Shown piece after piece: positions 51,414-61,516 of a DNA stretch of 64,000 nucleotides. The DNA lies in assembly GCA_963675495.1 (NCBI GenBank), contig OY776215.1, positions 2,624,001-2,688,000 on the forward strand, in the 5' to 3' direction. Both the position numbers and the translations under genes were made by a program. This stretch comes from an uncultured Methanolobus sp. Lineage in GTDB: Archaea; Halobacteriota; Methanosarcinia; Methanosarcinales; Methanosarcinaceae. Positions within the stretch are counted from its first letter, which is position 1, and each line of letters begins with the position of its first letter. The notes beneath the pieces were generated by a model that saw nothing but the letters and a program-made list of their open reading frames with translations, ran no database searches and had not been told where the DNA came from.

Positions 51414-52016
51414 ATGAACATGTCGTACCGTATACTTGGAGAGGGGAAGCCTGTCAGGTTGTTTGTGGCAGGTCTGCACGGCAAAGAATGGATGGATACT
51501 TCAGATATCCTTGAGAACATAGCAGCTCCAAAGAAGGGGACTCTGGCAGTTATTCCCCTTGTGAATAAAGGCAACTATGTCTCTACACTGGATGATAGCT
51601 ATTTTACTGAAATTGGGAGGCCTATAATAGAGGCGGTTGAAGAGCTCAAACCTGAAGTTTATATTGAAATTCACTCTTACTCTGCGCAAAACCTTGGAAA
51701 ACTCACAGGTGCTGAAAGGTTGGAACAGGTAGGAGTACCGGCATTCAGCAGGCTTGATCATGATGTGCTTCTGGGTTCTGTTGCACCATACATCCGCAGA
51801 GAGTACTTTCCTCAGGATGCGCTATGCCTGACTTTTGAGATACAGAAAGGAAATGCCCTTTCAAAACAGTACGCAACAAGTCTTATAAACAGGATGAAGG
51901 AATTCACATCCAGAGATGAGTTCCTAAGCTGTATGCTTGAACGATATCCAAAACAGGCAAGGAAAGCCATTGAGGACTATAAGAACTTCTATGGCTTATC
52001 AGATGATGAAATTTAA
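51414..52016 (+). CDS. DUF2119-like protein
   Basis: LFVAGLHGKEW, YVSTL, YIEIHSY, LLGSVAP. Confidence 0.8.
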   Translation: MNMSYRILGEGKPVRLFVAGLHGKEWMDTSDILENIAAPKKGTLAVIPLVNKGNYVSTLDDSYFTEIGRPIIEAVEELKPEVYIEIHSYSAQNLGKLTGAERLEQVGVPAFSRLDHDVLLGSVAPYIRREYFPQDALCLTFEIQKGNALSKQYATSLINRMKEFTSRDEFLSCMLERYPKQARKAIEDYKNFYGLSDDEI

Positions 52017-52118
52017 TCCTATAGATATTTTGAATTATAAATATAAAAGCATGATTAGAAGAAAAAATTGTATTCTAATAACAAGGGAAATAAAAACTTC
52101 TCATGGCATATACTCCGA

Positions 52119-52223
52119 TCATGCCATGAGGGTATAGTATGCCATCATTGTAGCAGCAAGTCCGGTCAGGATCGTAGCAAACTTCGTAAGATCTATGTTG
52201 TTGTTGTAGTATTGTTCTGTCAT
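52119..52223 (-). CDS. 34-aa hydrophobic microprotein, copy 1; absent from the ORF track
   Basis: MTEQYYNNNIDLTKFATILTGLAATMMAYYTLMA*; paralog at 54774-54893 differs largely at synonymous sites. Confidence 0.75.
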   Translation of the reverse strand: MTEQYYNNNIDLTKFATILTGLAATMMAYYTLMA

Positions 52224-52290
52224 GATTTATCATGATATACAAGTGCATTACTCTATATATAGCTATGGGTCATCTATCATGATTAATCAT
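52220..52290 (-). promoter_or_regulatory. TATA promoter flanked by two ATGATWAATCATGA-type boxes, copy 1
   Basis: TCATGATTTATCATGA over the start codon, TATATATA at 52254-52261, CTATCATGATTAATCAT at 52274-52290. Confidence 0.65.
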
Positions 52291-52349
52291 GTGTGAACTG
52301 TAAAAGAATGTATATGAATAAGTATGAAGTGACTGTTAACTTTCTGATT

Positions 52350-54590
52350 TTATTTCTGTTTTCTGCCCCAAAGGGCTGTAATACATACGATGGTAATCCC
52401 TGCAATAAATGTAAATCCTGGGGTAGTACGAACTTCCATAACCTCTGTTTCTGGTTCAGGCTCTTGAGTATATTGAGACATTGATAGCCTTGTTTCTTCG
52501 TCTAATGGCATTTCGCCTGATTTGAAGCCTACAATACTAAAAAATGAAAAACCAAGTGTTTGTGTGGTGAAGTATATTGATTCATCATCTTCATCTACAT
52601 GTATAGTTGGCAGGTCATTCCATTGATCATCATGGTATCTTGTCATGCGTATTGTGGATGTATCTATTTTATTCGCAGCTGCCCATTCCTTACTGACCCT
52701 GAAATGAATGTTAATATTGTCAGCATTGTCTGTTGATATTGTACCTTCATTCCCTACATCTATGCGCATGAGATTATAAGAAGTGCCTGAGGGGGATGAT
52801 ATTTCGTCAGGTACCTCTTTGAGGACCTCTACTCTGGCCATAACAAGGCCTTTGTTGTTCTTTGAATCAAAGGTTATTCCTGTAATTGGTGTACTACTCT
52901 CTGAGAAGTCAAATTCAACTTCAGCACCGTTATTAACTCTTATAATTGATGAGACCGTGGTTTCCATGACCTTTTCTTTTTGATCTGGGATAGTTTGTTC
53001 AGAGCTTTCTGAGTTACTGTTCGCCGGAATTGGTGAGAAAGGCGCATTTACTGTAATTGTTGTCGATGTGCTGTTAGATAAGCCCCTTGCACTAACAGTA
53101 AGTGTTGCAATATATATTCCAGAATCAGTGTATTCATGTGTGGTGTTAACTGCTGATTTATCTGTTGTATTATACCATTGTCCATCACCAAATGACAGGT
53201 TCCACATAGTTGGGCCATCTGTGGATATATCTGTGAATGCAACATTTAGCGGCGCAGTTCCAGATGCTGTATTTATTGTGTAATCAGCTTCTGGTGAGAT
53301 TGGTACCATTGAAAATTCTATTGCAGGATTTGATTCGTTAATAGTGACCATCTGATGTGTAGGTGTTTCATAGAAATCCTTTACCACAGTTATGTTGTAT
53401 GTTCCGACTTCAAGCACCAGGGTTGTGTTGGTCTGAATAGCCTGTTTAGTTTCATCTACATATATTATAGCATCTGGTGTGGAAGAATTGACTGGAAGAA
53501 AACCTGGCTTCAAAATAGTGGCATATTTGAGTGTCATCTCAGTACTGTCGTAATAACTAATAGACACTTCATCTGAAGAATTAAAAGCAAGGGATGTGTA
53601 TCGTCCAACATCTCCAATGCTGTCAATTGTTTCAGTCTTCCATCTGTTGCCATTGTAATAGGTATACTTAAGGTCTCTGTTAGTAACATCGTAGTAGCTT
53701 ATTGCTGGTTTATCTTGCAAATCAAATGCAAGGGATGTGTATTGTCCAACGTATGCGCTGTTGTCTATTGTTTCCACATTCCATGTGTTGTTGTCGTAAT
53801 AAGCAAATTTGAGATGGTTGTGAACACCAGCATCCAGATAGCTTATTGCTGGTTTATTTTCTGAATCAAATCCAAGGGATGAGTATTGGCCAACGTAACC
53901 ATTGCTGTCAATTGTTTGCACATTCCATGCGTTGTTGTCATAATAAGCATATTTGAGGCTATAGTTCGTGTTGTCTGCATAACTTATTGCTGGTTTATTT
54001 ATCAAGTCAAATGCAAGTGAAGTATATAGTCCAACATCACCACCATTGTCTACTATATCTATCTGCCATCCATTACCATCGTAATGGGCATATTTGAGAG
54101 TCCCGTTTGTGTCATCATGATAGCTTATTGCTGGATTATTTGAGAAGTCAAATGCAAGAGATGTGTACCTTCCGACATTGTCTATGCTATCAACAATCTG
54201 CACTTTCCATTGGCTGTCATCGTAATAAGCATATTTGAGGTCTCCATTATTGTTATCGTAATAGCTTATTGCTGGTTTATCTGCCAGGTCAAATGCAAGG
54301 GAAGTGTAGTATCCAACAGATTCATTGTTATCAATTGTTTCAATGATCCATTGGTTACTGTCATAACAAGAATATTTAAGATTTCCATTTGTGCTATCGT
54401 AATAACTTATTGCTGGTCTGTCGGCTGAATCAAATGCAAGGGATGTATAGTATCCAACAATGCTATTGTTGTCAACTGTTTCCACATGCCAGGATGATGC
54501 AGTGGCAGATGTTGATAGCAAAATTAATGATAAGAATATGATGGTTGGAAACTGATATTTTTCCAACAAGATACATTTTAAGGATGGCAT
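52350..54590 (-). CDS. Cell-surface protein: beta-propeller-like repeats, PEGA, PKD, PGF-pre-PGF and PGF-CTERM
   Basis: Seven repeats of about 47 aa (W.VETID..VG.YTSLAFD..PAISYYD..LKYA); WNLSFGDG; GFSFFSI; TPGF plus TM plus basic tail. Confidence 0.9.
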   Translation of the reverse strand: MPSLKCILLEKYQFPTIIFLSLILLSTSATASSWHVETVDNNSIVGYYTSLAFDSADRPAISYYDSTNGNLKYSCYDSNQWIIETIDNNESVGYYTSLAFDLADKPAISYYDNNNGDLKYAYYDDSQWKVQIVDSIDNVGRYTSLAFDFSNNPAISYHDDTNGTLKYAHYDGNGWQIDIVDNGGDVGLYTSLAFDLINKPAISYADNTNYSLKYAYYDNNAWNVQTIDSNGYVGQYSSLGFDSENKPAISYLDAGVHNHLKFAYYDNNTWNVETIDNSAYVGQYTSLAFDLQDKPAISYYDVTNRDLKYTYYNGNRWKTETIDSIGDVGRYTSLAFNSSDEVSISYYDSTEMTLKYATILKPGFLPVNSSTPDAIIYVDETKQAIQTNTTLVLEVGTYNITVVKDFYETPTHQMVTINESNPAIEFSMVPISPEADYTINTASGTAPLNVAFTDISTDGPTMWNLSFGDGQWYNTTDKSAVNTTHEYTDSGIYIATLTVSARGLSNSTSTTITVNAPFSPIPANSNSESSEQTIPDQKEKVMETTVSSIIRVNNGAEVEFDFSESSTPITGITFDSKNNKGLVMARVEVLKEVPDEISSPSGTSYNLMRIDVGNEGTISTDNADNINIHFRVSKEWAAANKIDTSTIRMTRYHDDQWNDLPTIHVDEDDESIYFTTQTLGFSFFSIVGFKSGEMPLDEETRLSMSQYTQEPEPETEVMEVRTTPGFTFIAGITIVCITALWGRKQK

Positions 54591-54773
54591 TCAAGTTGTA
54601 TATTATGTCTACATATATAAATAATGTTTTCATTATTTATTTAAAAGAATCATAGGATCAATTTTTCCTTAATCTTGCACATTTAAACAGCAAGGTAGTT
54701 TTATTTCAAATAGGCAATAAATATTAAAAACAGAAAAGTACTGAGGAAAGATACTAATTATCATGGCAGAATT

Positions 54774-54893
54774 TTAGATTACACCATGATAGCTGAAGAG
54801 TGAATAATATGCGATCATTGCTGCTGCAAGTGAGGTCAGTATCGTTGCAAACTTCGTGAGGTCTATGTTGTTGTTATAGTATTGTTCTGTCAT
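54774..54893 (-). CDS. 39-aa hydrophobic microprotein, copy 2; absent from the ORF track
   Basis: MTEQYYNNNIDLTKFATILTSLAAAMIAYYSLFSYHGVI*. Confidence 0.75.
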   Translation of the reverse strand: MTEQYYNNNIDLTKFATILTSLAAAMIAYYSLFSYHGVI

Positions 54894-54960
54894 GATTTAT
54901 CATGATATACAACATGCACTTTATATATAATGTTTTTGGTTAACTATCATGATTAATCAT
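54890..54960 (-). promoter_or_regulatory. TATA promoter flanked by two ATGATWAATCATGA-type boxes, copy 2
   Basis: Same boxes as copy 1 at an exact 2670-bp offset; spacer sequence diverged. Confidence 0.65.
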
Positions 54961-55120
54961 AACATTACATGTGATCTCTAATTGCAGATTATTTCGGAAC
55001 ACTAAACGTGAAAATAAATTGGAAATAAAAACCTGCAAGGTGATAGTTTATCAACTGCTAAAAAAGTCTAATCAAATAAATTTGATAAGAAAAAAGAATG
55101 AAAAGAGGTTTCAATCCTCT

Positions 55121-56749
55121 TTACATCATTCCGCCCATGTCATAATTATGGATGTTATGCTCTGGAGCTACATCCATCATGGCCTGTTCTCTTGCACGGA
55201 GCATGTCATCAACACGCAGAACCAATACTGCTGATTCTGATGCTGATTTGATGGCCTGGGTCTTAACTCTCAGTGGGTCTACGATGCCTCTTTCAAGCAT
55301 ATCTACAACATCACCAGTGTCAACGTCAAGACCTGCATTCTTAATAGTTCCGTGTTTTGCACGCAGGTTTATAAGTGTGTCAATAACATCAAAGCCACAG
55401 TTTTCTGCAATAGTTCTCGGGAGTTCTTCAATAGCCTCTGCAAATGCTACTATTGCAAGCTGTTCACGGCCTTCAACAGACGCTGCATACGTTCTTAATG
55501 CCTGTGCAACCTCTATCTCGGATGCGCCGCCACCAGGTACTATCTTTCCATCCTCATACACAGTTTTTACTACATGCAATGCATCATCAAAAACACGTTC
55601 AATGTTGTCGGTGACATGTTCTGAACCACCCTTTATGAGAATGGTCATGGTTCTTGCCTCTTTGAATCCCTTTATGTAGGTCTTCTCTTCATGCTCATCT
55701 TCCTGCTCGATAAGTTCAGCATATCCAAGGTCATCAGCTGTCATCTCACTGACATTTCTTACAAGAGCTGCACCGGTTGAATGGGATAGAACGGACATAT
55801 CCTCATCTCTTACACGCCTTGTAGCATACATGTTTGCTTCTTTGAAGAAATGAAGTGCATAGTCATCAATTTTCTTAGAACAGAATACTGCATTTGCTCC
55901 AGTGTCAATTATTTTCTGAATTTGCTTCCTGAAGTTTGCTTTTTCCTGCTCCTTGAAATCAGCTAACTGTTCAGCGCTATCAACTTGGAGCTTGGATTTT
56001 GTAGTCGTCTGGGCAAACGTGAGTTCAGTATCAATAAGGATTATCTTCGCATTTTCTATGCGGCGTGGCATTTCGTTATGGAGTGCCTCTTTTCTTATTG
56101 CTATGCCGTTAATGAGTTCAGTATCGTGGATAATGCCACCTACTTCCTTTGCCATTACAATGTCCTCATCAACATTGACCTTACCCTCGTATTCAATGGC
56201 ATAGATCGCATCCACACAGATCTTAGCAAGTTGTTCCCCTGCCATCTCTGATGCCTTTCCTGTGATGGAGGTGGTTGCTATCTTCTCAAGCATTTCGCTG
56301 TCTGTCTTATCTACGGTGATGGCGTAATCATCGAGAACACTTAGAGCCTTCTCGGTTGCCATTGTATAACCTTTTATGAGGACTGTTGGGTGAACACCTG
56401 TTTCAATGAGTTTCTGTGCTTTATCAAGAAGAGCACCTGCCATTACCACTGCGCTGGTTGTTCCGTCACCAGCCATCTTTTCCTGGGTTTTGGCGATCTC
56501 CACGATCATCTTTGCAGTAGGATGTTCGATATCCATTTCATCAAGGATGGTTGCGCCATCGTTTGTGAGGGTTATGTCACCCATAATGTTAACCATCATC
56601 TTGTCCATACCTTTAGGACCAAGGGTGGTTTTCACAATACTTGCAACTGCTTTTGCAGAAGCGATGTTCATTGACAATGCATCTTTTCCTGTAGTGCGCT
56701 GTTTACTTGGATCAACAATGATTATAGGCTGATTACCATATCCTGCCAT
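55121..56749 (-). CDS. Thermosome subunit (group II chaperonin)
   Basis: TTLGPKGMDKM, TNDGATIL, GDGTTS, VPGGGASE, VDPLRVK; subunit identity not resolved. Confidence 0.96.
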   Translation of the reverse strand: MAGYGNQPIIIVDPSKQRTTGKDALSMNIASAKAVASIVKTTLGPKGMDKMMVNIMGDITLTNDGATILDEMDIEHPTAKMIVEIAKTQEKMAGDGTTSAVVMAGALLDKAQKLIETGVHPTVLIKGYTMATEKALSVLDDYAITVDKTDSEMLEKIATTSITGKASEMAGEQLAKICVDAIYAIEYEGKVNVDEDIVMAKEVGGIIHDTELINGIAIRKEALHNEMPRRIENAKIILIDTELTFAQTTTKSKLQVDSAEQLADFKEQEKANFRKQIQKIIDTGANAVFCSKKIDDYALHFFKEANMYATRRVRDEDMSVLSHSTGAALVRNVSEMTADDLGYAELIEQEDEHEEKTYIKGFKEARTMTILIKGGSEHVTDNIERVFDDALHVVKTVYEDGKIVPGGGASEIEVAQALRTYAASVEGREQLAIVAFAEAIEELPRTIAENCGFDVIDTLINLRAKHGTIKNAGLDVDTGDVVDMLERGIVDPLRVKTQAIKSASESAVLVLRVDDMLRAREQAMMDVAPEHNIHNYDMGGMM

Positions 56750-56913
56750 GACTTCGGACCTCCAATAATATATGAATTTAATTTATCAGTATAATGTATG
56801 AGTGAAACTAACTGTATGTAGTTCTATAAAAACATTGCGAGTCTTGCCTTTGTTTGCTATCATTCTACTATCCTTCTTAAAGCATTTAACCCATAAAGGC
56901 ATATTTGCGGACT

Positions 56914-57717
56914 ATGCTCACTTTCATAGGACTTGGCCTTTTTGATAAGAATGATATCTCTCTGAAAGGACTCGAAGCTATAAAAAATGCTGATATGGTA
57001 TTTGCAGAATTCTACACCTCCCGTTTGATGGGTAGTACTATAGAAGAACTTGAAGCGCTCTATTGCAAACCTGTCCATGTGCTTTCCAGGGAAGATGTGG
57101 AGATATCTCCTAACTGGCTTGCTGAGGCGCAGGAAAAGAATGTTGTCTTCCTTACAGGCGGGGATACCATGGTCTCTACGACCCATGTTGACCTGCGTCT
57201 TCGTGCAAAGGACATGGGCATCGAAACAAAGCTCATACACGGATCATCTATTGCTTCAGCTATCTGTGGTCTTTCCGGTCTGCAGAATTATCGATTTGGA
57301 AAATCATCCACCGTACCTCACCCATACACCAGTATCCGTGGAAATACTATCATTTCCGAAACACCTTATGATACTATTAAACTCAATAAGGAACACGGCA
57401 TGCACACCCTGGTCTTTCTGGATATAGACAAAGATAAGGGCTATATGACGGTTAATCAGGCATTAGGACTTCTCCTTGAGATTGAGGGGAGACGTGGGGA
57501 AGGTGTTATGGAAAATGCCATTACTGTTGGTATTGCCAGGGCAGGTTCTGATAAACCAGTTGTAAAGGCTGGATATGCACGTCACCTTCAGGAGGAAGAC
57601 TTTGGTGAGCCACTGCACATACTTGTTGTTCCTGCATCGCTTCATTTTATAGAAGCTGAAACACTTGTCAAACTCTTAGGTGCACCACAGGAAATACTGG
57701 ATGAACTTGATGACTGA
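56914..57717 (+). CDS. dph5: Diphthine synthase
   Basis: FIGLGL..DISLKGLEA, EFYTS, TTHVDL, GLQNYRFGKS, HTLVFLDI. Confidence 0.95.
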   Translation: MLTFIGLGLFDKNDISLKGLEAIKNADMVFAEFYTSRLMGSTIEELEALYCKPVHVLSREDVEISPNWLAEAQEKNVVFLTGGDTMVSTTHVDLRLRAKDMGIETKLIHGSSIASAICGLSGLQNYRFGKSSTVPHPYTSIRGNTIISETPYDTIKLNKEHGMHTLVFLDIDKDKGYMTVNQALGLLLEIEGRRGEGVMENAITVGIARAGSDKPVVKAGYARHLQEEDFGEPLHILVVPASLHFIEAETLVKLLGAPQEILDELDD

Positions 57718-57779
57718 GGGAAGATATAATAATACATAATAAACATAAAAGAAAAGACCATGAAATTGAGGGATGAAAA

Positions 57780-59567
57780 ATGGTAAGAGGTTCAGTAGGC
57801 GTAATTTTTGGAGAAACCGGGACCTTTGAGTTCAAAGTAATGGTTTTTGATAGCTCAAAAGTGTACAGGGGCGCATATGTTAAAGTCTGGCATGACGCTT
57901 CTTCAGATGAGAAAGACCACACATGGGTCCTTGGTCAGGTAATGGCGATCAAGAGATACAGTGATTCATTTTCTATTGAAGAGGCAATGAAAGGACAACG
58001 TGCGGATAAAAGTGATGACAAGATAGTTGCTGAGGTCATTATTATCGGTTCAAGGGATGAGACTGGAATGCTCAGGTCACCTGTAATACCATTCAGTCCG
58101 GGAAGCCCTATATTTGCAGCTGATGAAGGACTAACAAGAGCTGTACTTGGACTTACCGGTAATGAAATGGATATTGGTCTGCTCGAAGGAACGAATATCA
58201 AAGTACAACTTAGTGTCAATAGTCTTGTACAGAAACACTGCAGTATACTGGCAAAGACTGGTAGTGGTAAATCCTACACGGCTTCCGTGCTGCTTGAAGA
58301 GTTGCTTGATCAGAATATTCCGCTTCTTATTATAGACCCGCACAGTGAGTACTCTTCCTTAAAAGTTGCCGGAGAGGGTGACAAAGATGATTTCTCACGT
58401 TTTGGTGTTGCTCCTAAAGGCTATGGCACCAAGATCAAGGTGTACACACCTGCAAACAAGTCACTAAATCCGGATGTAGATGAGCTTTTCAGACTGAACG
58501 GGATGAATCTTACTGTCAAGGATCTGACATCCATTTTCCCTGATAACTTCTCCACAACACACACGGGAATATTGTATGAGGCAATACAGAAAATACGTTC
58601 AGAAATGGAAACGTACACTATTGAAGATATAATCTTTGAAGTTGGCAACGATAAGAGCAAAGCCAAGTGGAATGTGATAAGTGTTCTTGAGCAGATACGG
58701 GACACAGGTATATTGTCACCTAATCCAACTTCTATTGAGGAACTATTCCAGAAAGGAAAAGCATCTGTTATTGATTTTAAAGGTGTTACACCTGAATTAC
58801 AGAGTATGATAGTAGCAAGTTTGTGTTCCAGTCTCTTTGAGGCGCGCAAACTTAATCGAATCCCACCGGGAATGCTTGTTGTAGAGGAAGCCCACAACTA
58901 TGCTCCTGAAAAAGGATTCAGTAAAACAACAAGCACTGATATTCTCAGGACAATAGCGTCCGAGGGACGAAAATTCGGTCTTGGTATGATGGTTATTTCC
59001 CAGAGACCTGCAAGGATAGATAAGAACGTACTTTCACAGTGCGGTACCCAGGTCATCATGAAAGTCACAAATCCCAATGACCTTAAGGCTATAAGCAAAG
59101 GTCTTGAAGGAGTTACTTCCTATGTAGAGGAAGAGCTCATGCGCCTGCCACCCGGGGTTGCCATGCTGGTAAGTAATGAGATTGAAAGACCTGTTCTTGT
59201 GGACATCAGGATAAGAAAATCAAAGCATGGCGGTGAGTCCGTAAACGTGCTAAAGGCAGCAAGGACGGTGTCGCCTCCTCCACCCGCAGAAATGCTTGCT
59301 GAGAAACACGAAGCATCAAGACCGGCTCCTGTTCGCAGACCGATGCCGGAGCTTCAAACTTCAGCGAGTGTGCCTGAACCGGAGATAATGATGGATGTAC
59401 CGGTTGTAGATGTACCAATTATAGATGTGCCAGTTGTGGATATGCCTGAACCGGCTTCTAATATTGCTCCACCTCCAAAGAGACAACCTTCCAGGAAACC
59501 TAAGGTTGAGAATGAAAGTGAAAGCGGAGGCAAATTGTTCAAGAAGTTGTTTGGGGCGAACAGATAA
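57780..59567 (+). CDS. HerA/FtsK-superfamily ATPase (HAS barrel plus DUF87) with Pro-rich tail
   Basis: HCSILAKTGSGKSY, IIDPHSEY, VEEAHNYAP, EGRKFG..ISQRP. Confidence 0.9.
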   Translation: MVRGSVGVIFGETGTFEFKVMVFDSSKVYRGAYVKVWHDASSDEKDHTWVLGQVMAIKRYSDSFSIEEAMKGQRADKSDDKIVAEVIIIGSRDETGMLRSPVIPFSPGSPIFAADEGLTRAVLGLTGNEMDIGLLEGTNIKVQLSVNSLVQKHCSILAKTGSGKSYTASVLLEELLDQNIPLLIIDPHSEYSSLKVAGEGDKDDFSRFGVAPKGYGTKIKVYTPANKSLNPDVDELFRLNGMNLTVKDLTSIFPDNFSTTHTGILYEAIQKIRSEMETYTIEDIIFEVGNDKSKAKWNVISVLEQIRDTGILSPNPTSIEELFQKGKASVIDFKGVTPELQSMIVASLCSSLFEARKLNRIPPGMLVVEEAHNYAPEKGFSKTTSTDILRTIASEGRKFGLGMMVISQRPARIDKNVLSQCGTQVIMKVTNPNDLKAISKGLEGVTSYVEEELMRLPPGVAMLVSNEIERPVLVDIRIRKSKHGGESVNVLKAARTVSPPPPAEMLAEKHEASRPAPVRRPMPELQTSASVPEPEIMMDVPVVDVPIIDVPVVDMPEPASNIAPPPKRQPSRKPKVENESESGGKLFKKLFGANR

Positions 59568-59599
59568 TTAACTATGAGCACTGTTGAGGCAAGTATAAC

Positions 59600-59881
59600 A
59601 TGGCTGCTGACCTGAATGAAAAAGTTAAGAGATATGAAAGACTATTAAGGGAAGCACTTGAAAAGGCGAAATTTGCCCCAATACCTCAATCTCATATGTA
59701 TAAAGCTGCCAGTGACTACCATAATATGGCAAGTTCATACTATAATGACGGTCTTCACTTTGTAAAGTGTGATGATCCTGTCAATGCGCTTGTCTGCTTT
59801 AGTTATGGGCATGCATGGCTTGATGCAGGAGCAAGACTTGGTCTTTTCGATGTTGATGACGATGTGTTATTTACTATATGA
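59600..59881 (+). CDS. DUF357 protein
   Basis: MASSYYNDGLHF..NAL..SYGHAWLDAGARLGLF. Confidence 0.88.
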   Translation: MAADLNEKVKRYERLLREALEKAKFAPIPQSHMYKAASDYHNMASSYYNDGLHFVKCDDPVNALVCFSYGHAWLDAGARLGLFDVDDDVLFTI

Positions 59882-59929
59882 AGACAAATTTATTTGAAGA
59901 AGAAATGAAGTATAAACTGGAGATATCTA

Positions 59930-60271
59930 ATGTCAAATTATCATGTTACACTTGAAGCTGCCTGGTTGGTAAGAGATGTAAAATCAGCAGATGACGCAAT
60001 AGGCGTTGCAATTTCTGAGGCAGGAAAACGCCTCAATCCACAACTTGACTATGTTGAGGTGGATGTAGGAACAACATTCTGTCCTGCCTGTGAAGAACCC
60101 TTCAGCAGTGTATTTTTAGCTGCAAATACCGCAATTGTAGGTCTCGTTCTTGAAATGAAAGTGTTTGATGCAGAAAGCCCTGAACATGCCGCAAGAATTG
60201 CAAAATCCGTAATTGGAAAAGCATTAAGGGATGTTCCTCTTGATGTGGTAGATGTCGGAGAATTCGAATAA
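59930..60271 (+). CDS. DUF555 (UPF0212) protein
   Basis: [38 protein letters not shown]. Confidence 0.9.
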   Translation: MSNYHVTLEAAWLVRDVKSADDAIGVAISEAGKRLNPQLDYVEVDVGTTFCPACEEPFSSVFLAANTAIVGLVLEMKVFDAESPEHAARIAKSVIGKALRDVPLDVVDVGEFE

Positions 60272-60285
60272 AGGATGTATCGGAC

Positions 60286-61185
60286 ATGGACAGGACGATC
60301 ACCGTTGTAGGACATGCTGCCATAGACCTGCTCTTTGATGTTGAGAATATCGCAATTCACAACGAATCACATCCCATAATCAACTATGATCAGTATTATG
60401 GAGGCGGGGCTGCTAATATTGCAATTGCAATTGCCATACTTGGTGGTGAGGCCCAATTGATATCAGCAGTTGGAGGAGATTTTGCATCATCAGGCTATGA
60501 GGCTGAACTTGAAAAACACGGTGTTGACCTATCCCTGTTATACAGATTCCCTGAAGAGAAGAGCACCCGGGCTTTTGTGTTCACTGACAGGGAGCATCAG
60601 CAAAGTACATATTTCCACTGGGGCGCATCTGTAAAGCTCAAGGAATTAGACCCCCGTGAAGTTGATTTTGTACATCTTGCAACATCTGATTCCGCATATA
60701 ATGCGAAGATAGCTAAAAAAGCAGGTTTTGTTTCCTTCGATCCTGGACAGGATCTTGTAACTTATTCCGTCGAAAACCTTGAAAGTATACTTGAAAACAC
60801 TAACATCCTTTTTACAAACAGGCATGAAATAGAGCGTGTATGTGATATGACCGGTAAGTCATTTGATGACATTCTCAGTATGATAGAAACTGTTGTCGTC
60901 ACCTATGATGCCAGTGGCAGTAAGATCTACAACAGTGGCAAGGAAATCACTATTCCTGTGGTTACTGTAAAAGCTCTTGACCCAACAGGTGCAGGCGATG
61001 CTTACAGGGCAGGATTCCTGCTTGCATACACACGCAACTACTCACTGGAAGCCTGTGGCAAGATAGGATCAACTGTCGCTTCTTTTGCTGTTCAGAACAT
61101 TGGTTGCCAGACGGACCTTCCTACATGGGATGTTATGAAGACAAGATATGAAAAGAATTTTGGTAAGTTTCCTGAAAGTATATAA
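60286..61185 (+). CDS. PfkB-family carbohydrate/nucleoside kinase
   Basis: GGGAANIA, SFDPGQ, DPTGAGDAYRAG. Confidence 0.92.
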   Translation: MDRTITVVGHAAIDLLFDVENIAIHNESHPIINYDQYYGGGAANIAIAIAILGGEAQLISAVGGDFASSGYEAELEKHGVDLSLLYRFPEEKSTRAFVFTDREHQQSTYFHWGASVKLKELDPREVDFVHLATSDSAYNAKIAKKAGFVSFDPGQDLVTYSVENLESILENTNILFTNRHEIERVCDMTGKSFDDILSMIETVVVTYDASGSKIYNSGKEITIPVVTVKALDPTGAGDAYRAGFLLAYTRNYSLEACGKIGSTVASFAVQNIGCQTDLPTWDVMKTRYEKNFGKFPESI

Positions 61186-61516
61186 TTGACTTTCCTGATG
61201 CAGCTAGTGCCGTATCAACAAACTTTAAGTATTTGCTAGGTATCCCATTAAACAAAGTTTAAATAGGAATTCCATATTTCCAATCTGACTCAAACGTAAT
61301 TATCCCTTTGTATTCTCTGTGGTAAGCGATACTCAGGGGATTTGTCTTTTTTAAATTATTGTGTTAGAATAAAATGAAAATTATTTTTCTACAAAATCGA
61401 AATATCCTGCATATTAATAAAACCACGGATAACTCATCTTTTGTGGAGATGAGTACCCGCTTTATATTTGATTCAGGATCAATTGGCAAATCGAATTCCC
61501 ACAATTCCGAAGAGCT

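Noticed and set aside
53520-54495. Repeats of about 141 bp as a non-coding array
   Set aside because: In-frame propeller-like protein repeats
61220-61460. Possible sRNA between the pfkB gene and the corrinoid gene
   Set aside because: The two hairpins (about 61302-61341 and 61432-61455) are adequately explained as terminators of convergent transcripts
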